Origin: Pseudobacteroides sp.
Lineage (GTDB): Bacteria > Bacillota > Clostridia > Acetivibrionales > DSM-2933
Reading direction: 5' to 3'
Assembly (NCBI GenBank): GCA_035370245.1
Contig: DAOOVO010000002.1
Location: 1-64,000, forward strand
Length of the DNA stretch: 64,000 nt
Positions 56,080-64,000 of this stretch are shown here, in pieces (the first letter of the stretch is position 1; the number at the start of each line of letters is the position of its first letter). Below the pieces are notes generated by a model. It ran no database searches, was not told where the DNA came from, and saw only the letters and a list, made by a program, of their open reading frames with translations. The position numbers were made by a program, and so were the translations under genes.

Positions 56080-56580
56080 AAAAATACCCCCTTAGATTTT
56101 TATAAAAACAAAAACGCATTGCGTCTTTTGTGTCCCATTGAGGTAACTAAAGCCAGTCCTTATGCCTATACAAATTGTAGTTTTTAATTTTAATACTGTA
56201 AAAGCCGGATACTGCCGTGTATACAACGATTATAATGTTATTTTTAATCTTAATGGTGTCCGCGAGAAATTGTGGCATAGATTGCACCATAATTTTCTAG
56301 ACATCAACAATATAAATACATCACTTGACAATAAATATGTTAAACTCATAGAAATAATGCTATATTAATAATTATATATTATAATTTATTAAAGTCAATT
56401 AAAGTATCCATTTTTATCTAGTGTATTGCCCAAATAATTTCTTGACAATTCTGGTTTTAGTATTGTAAATTTAAACTAACAATCAAGCGGAATTGAACTT
56501 TTATTTATGCAAATTATACAAAAAATACGATAAAAAATGTTTTTGAAATATCTTCATATTTTGGAAAGGATAGATATGCT

Positions 56581-57606
56581 ATGGTAATAGTAATGCGGCC
56601 TGGAGCTAACGAGGCTGAAATAAATGAGGTGTCTAAAGTTCTTGAATCTCTCGGACTTGGCATCCATATATCAAAGGGAACGGAAAGAACTATCATTGGA
56701 GTTATTGGGGATAAGAGGCTTTTAAACGATGTTCCCCTCGAGTTGATGACAGGCGTGGAAAAACTTGTTGCCATTGCAGAGCCTTATAAATTGGCCGGTA
56801 AAACATTCAAGCCCGAGCCTAGCGTCATAGATGTCGGAGGAGTTAAAATCGGGGGTAAGGAAATTGTCATAATGGCAGGCCCCTGTGCCGTCGAGAATCG
56901 CCAGCAAATATTAGAGGCAGCACATGCAGTTAAGAAATCGGGTGCTCAGGTATTAAGAGGAGGAGCTTTCAAACCCAGAACCTCGCCTTATGCTTTCCAG
57001 GGGCTTGAGGAAGAAGGACTTAAGTATCTTAAAGAAGCAAAGGACGAAACAGGTTTGCTTCTTATAACCGAAGTTACAAGTGAGAAAGCTGTTGAATCTG
57101 CTGCAGGATTTGTAGATATTTTTCAAATAGGTGCAAGAAATGTTCAAAACTTTCAACTATTAAAAGAGGTTGGCCGCTCAAAGAAACCTGTCCTACTCAA
57201 ACGCGGTCCATCCACTACAATTGACGAATGGCTCAATGCAGCTGAATATATAATGAGCGAAGGCAATTATGATGTTATATTATGCGAAAGGGGCATCCGC
57301 ACATTTGAAACTGCAACAAGGAATACCCTTGACATAAGTGCTGTTCCTGTTTTGAAAAGTCTTAGCCATTTGCCTGTATTCGTAGATCCAAGCCATGCTG
57401 CAGGAAAAGCACATTATGTTCCATCTTTGTCAAAAGCTGCAATAGCTGCAGGTGCTGACGGACTTATAATTGAAGTTCATCCAAATCCGAAATGTGCTCT
57501 ATCGGATGCTGCACAACAACTTACTCCTTCAGTTTTTGACGATTTATGTAAAGATATTTCTAAAATTGCCGAAATACTAGGGAGAGAGTTTAAATATGAC
57601 AAATAA
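56581..57606 (+). CDS. 3-deoxy-7-phosphoheptulonate (DAHP) synthase, type I-beta with N-terminal regulatory domain
   Basis: KDO8P/DAHP synthase I-beta core ('GPCAVEN', 'KRGPSTTIDEW', 'DPSHAAGK'), ~70-aa N-terminal ferredoxin-like extension. Confidence 0.85.
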   Translation: MVIVMRPGANEAEINEVSKVLESLGLGIHISKGTERTIIGVIGDKRLLNDVPLELMTGVEKLVAIAEPYKLAGKTFKPEPSVIDVGGVKIGGKEIVIMAGPCAVENRQQILEAAHAVKKSGAQVLRGGAFKPRTSPYAFQGLEEEGLKYLKEAKDETGLLLITEVTSEKAVESAAGFVDIFQIGARNVQNFQLLKEVGRSKKPVLLKRGPSTTIDEWLNAAEYIMSEGNYDVILCERGIRTFETATRNTLDISAVPVLKSLSHLPVFVDPSHAAGKAHYVPSLSKAAIAAGADGLIIEVHPNPKCALSDAAQQLTPSVFDDLCKDISKIAEILGREFKYDK

Positions 57607-58693
57607 AAAAGTTACAATAATAGGCCTTGGACTTATAGGCGGTTCACTGGCAAGAGCTCTTAAGGAACGAGTAGGAATCACCGACATAACCGCTGTAAAC
57701 AGGTCCTTACGGTCAGTTGATGCAGCACTTAAAGATAAAACAATATCACGTGGATTTAGCGAATTAAACCAATACGTGTACGACTCGGATATAATATTTA
57801 TTTGTACTCCTGTAAGACGTGCAATAGAATATATTGAGTTGTTGAAAGATAAGGTTAAACCCGGCTGTATATTAACAGACGTCGGTAGCACAAAATCAGA
57901 GATAATATCATATATTAACAAAATGGATAATCCCCCTTTATTTATAGGAGGACATCCGATGGCCGGTTCAGAAAACACCGGTTATGAAGCAGGCTTTACC
58001 CATTTATTTGAAAATGCATTTTATATTTTGACACCAAGTAAAACAACCACAGATTATTCAATGGACCTTTTGACTAAGATTGTTGAAAAAATTGGAGCTA
58101 TACCTGTTAAAATAGATGCCAAAGAACACGATAGGGCTACAGCCTGCATAAGCCATGTACCTCATATTATTGCTTCTACACTTGTGAATATGGTAAAGTT
58201 TATGGATTCAGAGGATGGCAAAATGAAACTCTTAGCAGCAGGAGGATTCAAGGACATTACAAGAATTGCATCTTCAAGTCCTGAAATGTGGGAAAATATA
58301 GTTTTGAGCAATAAAGAGCAAATTGGAGGAATTTTAGACGCATATGTCGAATTACTAAAAAAGTTTGCGGCATCCATGAAACACGATGATTCTGAAGCTA
58401 TTTTGGACTTTTTCAGATCGGCAAAGGATTACAGGGATACATTTTCAAGTCGCAAACGGGGATTATTTACCCCAGAATATGACATATTGGTAGACATTGT
58501 TGATGAACCTGGAATTTTAGGTGAAATCGCCACATTATTGGGTAAAAATAAAATAAATATAAAAAATATGAATGTTTTAAACAATCGAGAATTCCAACAA
58601 GGCTGCTTAAAGGTTACATTACCTGATCCCGAAAGCCTTGATGCTGCACATAAGATTCTCGTTGAGCACGGTTATAAGGCTACTTGCATTTAA
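57596..58693 (+). CDS. tyrA: prephenate dehydrogenase with C-terminal ACT domain
   Basis: Rossmann 'IIGLGLIGGS', PDH catalytic region 'GGHPMAGSE', C-terminal ACT ('ILVDIVDEPGILGEIATLLG'); overlaps aroG stop. Confidence 0.85.
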   Translation: MTNKKVTIIGLGLIGGSLARALKERVGITDITAVNRSLRSVDAALKDKTISRGFSELNQYVYDSDIIFICTPVRRAIEYIELLKDKVKPGCILTDVGSTKSEIISYINKMDNPPLFIGGHPMAGSENTGYEAGFTHLFENAFYILTPSKTTTDYSMDLLTKIVEKIGAIPVKIDAKEHDRATACISHVPHIIASTLVNMVKFMDSEDGKMKLLAAGGFKDITRIASSSPEMWENIVLSNKEQIGGILDAYVELLKKFAASMKHDDSEAILDFFRSAKDYRDTFSSRKRGLFTPEYDILVDIVDEPGILGEIATLLGKNKINIKNMNVLNNREFQQGCLKVTLPDPESLDAAHKILVEHGYKATCI

Positions 58694-58842
58694 AAGCCAT
58701 ATTATAGCAATAAATAACTTTGTTACTTTGCAATTTTGGCATTGTCATGAGAAATTGTGATGTATCGTACAGAACAATTTTAATAAGCCATCGCTTACTT
58801 GACATCAGATAGCCAATTACTAAAAGAACGGGGGAATGCAAA

Positions 58843-60123
58843 ATGTTGATCGAGCAAAGAGATTCTCTGAGGGGAGAAATCACTGTACCAGGTGATAAAT
58901 CCATATCCCATAGAGCCATTATGTTTGGTGCACTTGCTAAAGGTACCACTGAAATCGAAGGCTTTTTAATGGGAGAAGATTGCCTAAGCACCATTGACTG
59001 CTTTAGAAAGATGCAGGTTGGAATTGAAATTCTACCTGGCAACAAAGTAAAGGTTCACGGCAATGGTTTATACGGCTTAAAGCCCCATCCGGCAAATTCC
59101 CCTTTAAACACTGGTAAGTCAGGTACCTCCATAAGACTCTTACTTGGTATACTGGCTGGTCAACCATTCAATTCAACTGTTATAAGGGATGAATCTGCAC
59201 AGAGAAAGCCTGTTGGAAGAGTTGTTAAACCGCTTCGTCAGATGGGAGCAAACATAATAGGAAGGGAGGATGGAAATCTCTGTCCATTAATAGTATCTCC
59301 TTCCAAACTTAAAGGAATTAAGTATGAGCTTTCCTTTGTCAATAATGAAATCAAGTCTCCTGTTTTGGTTGCAGGGCTTTATGCCGAAGGTGAAACAACT
59401 GTTGTACAGAAAGTAAAAACAAGGGATCATACCGAACTCATGTTGAATTACTTTGGTGCCGACATCAAGGTTGATGGCTTAACAGCTACAAGCCATAGAA
59501 TAGAAAACCTTTATGCCCAAAAGGTTGAAATTCCGGGAGACATATCCATAGCTGCTTATTTCATTACAGCCGGCTTGCTCACTCAAAACTCAGACATAAC
59601 AATTAAAAATGTTGGATTTAATCCTACCAGAACCGGTTTTATTGATGTATACAAATCCATGGGAGCAAAGATAGAAATATTTAACGAAAGAATGGCAGGT
59701 AATGAAAAGGTTGCCGACATAAGAGTTGTCTCATCGGATTTGAATGCTTGTGATATTGAGGGCGATATCATTCCACGTCTCGTAGACGAGATACCTATTA
59801 TTGCTGTAGCCGCAACAAAAGCTAAAGGAACTACAACAATAAAAAATCTCAAAGGCTTTAAGATCAAAGAATCCGGCAGGGTTAAGGCCATCGTTACGGA
59901 GCTTTCAAAAATGGGAGCAACTATACGCGAAACTGACGACGGCATTATTGTTGAAGGCGGTAAGCCATTACGCGGAACTATTATCGAAAGCTACAACGAT
60001 GCTTCCATTGCAATGTCGATGTCCATCGCAGGTCTTATTGCGGACGGTGAAACCATGATTAGAAAAGCACAGGTAGTAGATCTGGCTTTCCCGGACTTCT
60101 TCCCGCTTTTAAACAATTTATAG
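58843..60123 (+). CDS. aroA: 3-phosphoshikimate 1-carboxyvinyltransferase (EPSP synthase)
   Basis: 'PGDKSISHRAIMFGALA', 'LGNSGTS'-type 'NTGKSGTSIRLL', 'RVKESGR' motifs; 426 aa. Confidence 0.9.
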   Translation: MLIEQRDSLRGEITVPGDKSISHRAIMFGALAKGTTEIEGFLMGEDCLSTIDCFRKMQVGIEILPGNKVKVHGNGLYGLKPHPANSPLNTGKSGTSIRLLLGILAGQPFNSTVIRDESAQRKPVGRVVKPLRQMGANIIGREDGNLCPLIVSPSKLKGIKYELSFVNNEIKSPVLVAGLYAEGETTVVQKVKTRDHTELMLNYFGADIKVDGLTATSHRIENLYAQKVEIPGDISIAAYFITAGLLTQNSDITIKNVGFNPTRTGFIDVYKSMGAKIEIFNERMAGNEKVADIRVVSSDLNACDIEGDIIPRLVDEIPIIAVAATKAKGTTTIKNLKGFKIKESGRVKAIVTELSKMGATIRETDDGIIVEGGKPLRGTIIESYNDASIAMSMSIAGLIADGETMIRKAQVVDLAFPDFFPLLNNL

Positions 60124-60188
60124 AATTAAGTAATAAATTATGGCATTTGTTCGCTTTTTACAATAAATCAAAAAAGTAAAATAAAAAA

Positions 60189-60236
60189 GTAATCGGTGAT
60201 TATAAATAAAATTTTACAATCATCGGTTACTTTTGT
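60189..60236. terminator. bidirectional terminator between convergent aroA and rex
   Basis: 13-bp stem GTAATCGGTGATT...AATCATCGGTTAC (with G-U pairs), A-run upstream and TTTTGTTT downstream. Confidence 0.6.
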
Positions 60237-60283
60237 TTATAAATCTCATTAATTATTACTGTTCATAACCTAGGCTATTAACT

Positions 60284-60949
60284 CTAATTGCCTTTTTTTC
60301 TATTTTCCCTGTTAAAATCAAACTTCTCATTAAGCTTATATCCTAAAACCATAAGGCCATCACTTAAGTGGACATTTTCTATGATGACATCATACGGTAA
60401 CTTGAGATCCATCGGTGAATAATTCCAAAGTCCTTTTACTCCTAGCTTCGCAACTCTTTCTGCTACTGCTGGTGTTTGCTCAAAGGGTACCGCCAGCATT
60501 GCAACATCAACATAATTCTCACTAATAAAGCTTTCAAGCTCATCCATATGCCTTATAGGAATACCTCTTATCTCTGTACCGATTAAATTGGTATCAATAT
60601 CAAAAATACCAATAATTTTGAAGCCTCTTTTTTCAAAATTGGTATAATTGGCAAGTGCTCGCCCCATATTACCTGCTCCGATAATTATAGCCTGATAATT
60701 GTTATTCATCCCAAGAATATTTCCTATTTCATTAAACAAGTATTCGACATTATAACCATAACCCTGTTGTCCAAAGCCTCCAAAGCAATTTAGGTCCTGT
60801 CTTATTTGAGATGCAGTAATACCCATTCTGCTGCTTAGCTCTTGAGAAGAAATTCTTTTAATATCCATCTTCAGCAAATCAGCCAAATATCGGTAATATC
60901 GCGGTAAGCGTTTCACAACTGCAAGAGAAACTTTTTTCTTTGAGTCCAT
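60284..60949 (-). CDS. rex: redox-sensing transcriptional repressor Rex
   Basis: N-terminal winged helix 'VKRLPRYYRYL', Rossmann NADH-binding 'IIGAGNMGRAL'; 221 aa. Confidence 0.85.
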   Translation of the reverse strand: MDSKKKVSLAVVKRLPRYYRYLADLLKMDIKRISSQELSSRMGITASQIRQDLNCFGGFGQQGYGYNVEYLFNEIGNILGMNNNYQAIIIGAGNMGRALANYTNFEKRGFKIIGIFDIDTNLIGTEIRGIPIRHMDELESFISENYVDVAMLAVPFEQTPAVAERVAKLGVKGLWNYSPMDLKLPYDVIIENVHLSDGLMVLGYKLNEKFDFNRENRKKGN

Positions 60950-61170
60950 CTTTACACCTCAAAAAATTAATAAATAATGTAATTCAACCATGCAAATATG
61001 ATTATATTCCATTGTTATTTTTTTGTCAATATTGTTGACTAGAGTTTAGGCAATCAACTAACATATCCATTATTATAAATTGCTTTATATAAAAGAAAAA
61101 TTGCTGTAACAAAGGAATTTTGGTACAATTCTATATAAAGAAAATGACTAGATAGAAATTAGGTGTATAT

Positions 61171-63084
61171 ATGATAATTTTAAACTGCAATAATATTTGC
61201 CACTCATATGGCATGAATACAGTATTAAAGGATATATCCTTTAGTATACATGAAGGTGATAAGGTAGGAATAGTTGGCGTCAATGGTGCCGGTAAATCTA
61301 CCCTGCTTAATATAATAAACGGAGAAATTCAGTGTGACAGCGGTACAATAAATATCTCCAAGAATAAAAAGATTGGATTTCTTCATCAAAACACCGGCCT
61401 TGACAGCGAAAATACAATATTTGATGAAATGCTCTCAGTTTTTGACGAGCTAGTAAAAAAAGAAATACGTCTTAAAGAGCTTGAAAAAGAAATCAGTAAT
61501 GCCTCTGAAGATAAATTGGCTGCATTAATGAAGGAATATTCAAGGCTATCGGATGAGTATTCCATAAACGGCGGATATGAATACAGAAGCAGAGTACGCG
61601 GAGTTCTTAAAGGTCTTGGCTTTAATGAAGAAGAGTTCGATACAAAAATTCACATATTAAGCGGAGGTCAGAAAACCAGACTTGCTTTAGCCAAATTGCT
61701 GCTGTACGAGCCTGATATCATGCTCCTTGACGAGCCTACAAACCATCTGGACATTGAGGCCATAATGTGGCTCGAAGGCTTTTTAAAGGCTATGAAAAAA
61801 ACAGTCCTTATTGTCTCTCACGACAGATATTTCCTCGATTCGGTGACCACTAAAACGTTAGAACTGGAGAATAATTCATCTAAGCTGTATAATGGCAATT
61901 ACACCCAGTATATAAAGCAGAAGGAAATAGACAGGGAAATTCAACAACGTCATTATGAAAATCAGCAGCGTGAAATTGAGAAAATGGAAGCCTTTATCGC
62001 TCAGCAAAAGCAATGGAACAGAGAAAGAAACATAATCGCTGCAGAGAGCAGACAAAAGGCCATCGACCGCATGGAAAAAATTGAAAAACCTAAAGACTTA
62101 CCCGGAAAAATTAATATAAAGTTCAGAAAAAGCATGATAAGCGGAAACGATGTATTATTTGTGGAAAACCTGTCCAAGTCTTATCCTGGAAAAACTCTTT
62201 TTTCCAATATAAACTTCAAGATCAGAAAAAATGAAAGAGTATTTCTGCTTGGTCCAAACGGCTGCGGTAAATCCACTTTGGTAAAGATACTTATATCAAA
62301 ACTGCAAGCTGATTCCGGAGTAGTAGAATATGGCCATAAAGTGCAGGTAGGTTATTATGATCAAGAGCTTTCCGATCTTGATGAAAATAAAACAATTTTG
62401 GAAGAGCTGATAGACTCAAATAACGACCTTACTCTTACTCAAATAAGAACATTGCTTTCTTCATTTCTATTTAAGGGTGAAGATGTGTTAAAACCCATTT
62501 CAGCTCTAAGCGGCGGTGAAAAAAGCAGGGTGGCTTTAGCCAAGCTCATATTATCATCATCCAATTTTCTAATACTGGACGAACCTACAAACCACCTTGA
62601 TATTAATTCAAGAGAGGTTCTCGAAGATGCTTTGGCAAATTATGAAGGTACCATACTATCCATATCACATGACAGGTATTTTATCAATAAACTGGCAACA
62701 AGAATCCTTGATATGGATAACTGTTCTCTTTTGGATCTCGAAGGTGATTATGACTTCTTTATAGATTATAAAAATAAAATAAAAAAGTCTTCTTCGGATG
62801 AATCAAATAAAGCCCAGATATCACAATCAAAGCTTGATTATAAAGCCGAGAAGGAAGAAAGGGCCAGAATAAGGAAACTGGAAAAACGGTATTCTGAAAT
62901 TGAAACCAAAATAGCAGACACTGAAGACAGATTAAAAGTTATTGAAAAGGAAATGTTTGATGAAGATATCGCTTCGGACCATTCCAAGCTTACAGATCTT
63001 CTTAACGAACAAACAAGTCTCAATAGCCTGCTTGAAGAACTTTATAACGAATGGGAAAGCATTTGTAAAGAGCTTGGACTATGA
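61171..63084 (+). CDS. ABC-F family ATPase (two ABC cassettes, no TMD; Uup/EttA-like)
   Basis: two Walker A (GVNGAGKST, GPNGCGKST), two signature motifs (LSGGQKTR, LSGGEKSR), inter-domain linker and C-terminal coiled coil. Confidence 0.85.
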   Translation: MIILNCNNICHSYGMNTVLKDISFSIHEGDKVGIVGVNGAGKSTLLNIINGEIQCDSGTINISKNKKIGFLHQNTGLDSENTIFDEMLSVFDELVKKEIRLKELEKEISNASEDKLAALMKEYSRLSDEYSINGGYEYRSRVRGVLKGLGFNEEEFDTKIHILSGGQKTRLALAKLLLYEPDIMLLDEPTNHLDIEAIMWLEGFLKAMKKTVLIVSHDRYFLDSVTTKTLELENNSSKLYNGNYTQYIKQKEIDREIQQRHYENQQREIEKMEAFIAQQKQWNRERNIIAAESRQKAIDRMEKIEKPKDLPGKINIKFRKSMISGNDVLFVENLSKSYPGKTLFSNINFKIRKNERVFLLGPNGCGKSTLVKILISKLQADSGVVEYGHKVQVGYYDQELSDLDENKTILEELIDSNNDLTLTQIRTLLSSFLFKGEDVLKPISALSGGEKSRVALAKLILSSSNFLILDEPTNHLDINSREVLEDALANYEGTILSISHDRYFINKLATRILDMDNCSLLDLEGDYDFFIDYKNKIKKSSSDESNKAQISQSKLDYKAEKEERARIRKLEKRYSEIETKIADTEDRLKVIEKEMFDEDIASDHSKLTDLLNEQTSLNSLLEELYNEWESICKELGL

Positions 63085-63117
63085 TCTATAATCATAAAAT
63101 TCAACATTCAAGATAAA

Positions 63118-63154
63118 GAAATAGCATAATTGACTTAAGTCAATTATGCTATTT
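63118..63154. terminator. bidirectional terminator after ABC-F gene
   Basis: AAATAGCATAATTGAC-ttaa-GTCAATTATGCTATTT. Confidence 0.6.
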
Positions 63155-63195
63155 GATTATATCTCAGATTAATTGTATCTTAGATTGATAGCTAA

Positions 63196-64000
63196 TTAAT
63201 AGCTTTTTCCAAAGTTCTGAGCAACGATTATTACGTCTGACATGTTTATAACTCCGTCTTTGTTCAAATCTGCTTCAGGTTTAGCACTAGCATCCTTACC
63301 GAAAACTCCGGCAATAGCTATAGCATCAGCCATGTTAACAACTTTGTCACCATTTACATCGCCTGGATAATTGCTGCCACTTGATGGTGATGGTGATGTA
63401 GTCTCACCTGGATTTTGAACTTTTTCATCTGGGAACAATGTTGCAAACGCACCCATAGCCATACCTATTTCAACTTGATGCCAATATCTGTGATATGTAA
63501 ACTTAGGACCTACACCTGCATTATATGCAGCTTCAAGTTTTGCGTAATCTGGGTCTTTCTTGTAATCAGGACGCATATCTATGAACTTCATACCGTTCTT
63601 AAGCTCAGCACCCTGTGCATTTTTACCAGACCATCCAGATGGAATATAAACTGTCTGATCGAAGAAACGTGAATAGTCTCCTCTTTGCTCTTCTTTAGTG
63701 AAACCTTTATCGCCATCCTGACATCCTAATATTACACAGTCAAGGAGTGATTTAGCTATATCATGTGCTTCTTTATCATATGTATGCCATTTCTGAGTAC
63801 CTGCTGCATAATGAGCCAACAAGTTTGCAGTTGAACCGGCTACACCTATGTCTTGTCCCATAGCTGTGATTGTAACATGAAGACCTGAGTTACCTGTGTA
63901 TTTTCCATCCCAGGTATCTGGTTGACCTTCCCACTCAAGATCTGATGGGACTTCAAATTCACCAGGACCAGTAACCTTTATGTTTGGTTTTACCCATTCT
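63196..64000 (-). CDS. type-I dockerin-containing cellulosomal protein (N-terminus beyond window end); enzymatic domain not recognised
   Basis: C-terminal duplicated Ca-binding dockerin segments 'GDVNGDKVVNMADAIAIAGVFG' and 'ADLNKDGVINMSDVIIVAQNFG'; reading frame stays open to position 64000. Confidence 0.6.
   Translation of the reverse strand, partial: EWVKPNIKVTGPGEFEVPSDLEWEGQPDTWDGKYTGNSGLHVTITAMGQDIGVAGSTANLLAHYAAGTQKWHTYDKEAHDIAKSLLDCVILGCQDGDKGFTKEEQRGDYSRFFDQTVYIPSGWSGKNAQGAELKNGMKFIDMRPDYKKDPDYAKLEAAYNAGVGPKFTYHRYWHQVEIGMAMGAFATLFPDEKVQNPGETTSPSPSSGSNYPGDVNGDKVVNMADAIAIAGVFGKDASAKPEADLNKDGVINMSDVIIVAQNFGKSY

Noticed and set aside
56240-56295. Possible T-box-like element (AATGGTGTCCGCGAG) and hairpin ATGGTG...CACCAT in the 500-bp region upstream of the DAHP synthase operon
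   Set aside because: Only partial resemblance to the AGGGTGGNACCGCG T-box sequence; no specifier/AGAGA/GNUGA elements seen; would need covariance-model search (Rfam RF00230) to confirm.
60985-61010. Candidate Rex operator upstream of rex (TTGTCAATATTGTTGAC)
   Set aside because: Arms GTCAA...TTGAC are spaced by 5 nt and do not fit the TTGTGAA-N4-TTCACAA / TTGTTAA-N4-TTAACAA consensus well.
1-64000. tRNA/rRNA genes and CRISPR arrays
   Set aside because: No T-loop GTTCGAAT-type signatures outside coding sequence and no regularly spaced direct repeats were seen; a tRNAscan/CRISPR finder run would be needed to be certain.

Overview
Low-GC Firmicute (clostridial, cellulosome-producing) chromosomal window. 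The dockerin-bearing GH9 cellulase and dockerin proteins, and the ctsR-mcsA-mcsB-clpC, disA-radA, tyrS, aroG-tyrA-aroA and rex loci, are reminiscent of Acetivibrio/Clostridium thermocellum-like genomes. The window is mostly core: CtsR heat-shock operon, EF-G paralog, aromatic amino-acid biosynthesis genes, Rex, ABC-F ATPase, RadA/DisA, TyrRS, P-type Ca-ATPase, MATE pump, NfeD-flotillin, M23 peptidase-bactofilin. Three accessory-looking regions stand out. First, a visibly higher-GC ~6 kb remnant of a mobilizable plasmid-like element at about 3.6-9.8 kb (MobC, MOB relaxase, ParM-like actin ATPase, lipoprotein, truncated XRE) with no recombinase. Second, a tightly packed nine-gene minus-strand operon at 12.5-23.2 kb. 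It combines a YehL/M/P/Q-like MoxR AAA+ ATPase, a DUF5682-like protein, a vWA protein and a SWIM zinc-finger protein with a HEAT-like repeat protein, an ATP-dependent DNA-ligase-like protein and two unknowns. This is the best candidate for an undescribed system. Third, a 1575-aa Upf1-like SF1 helicase fused to a Vsr-like (DUF559) nuclease. Two further points: a GH9 cellulase gene is broken by an in-frame TGA and by a (TA)n slippage frameshift, next to a deletion-derived remnant of a tandemly duplicated paralog. A ~40-bp conserved palindromic promoter/operator-like motif occurs three times (upstream of the big operon/arsC-like gene, between the Ca-ATPase and M23 genes, and inside the mcsA-mcsB gap). 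No tRNA, rRNA or CRISPR array was recognised by eye.
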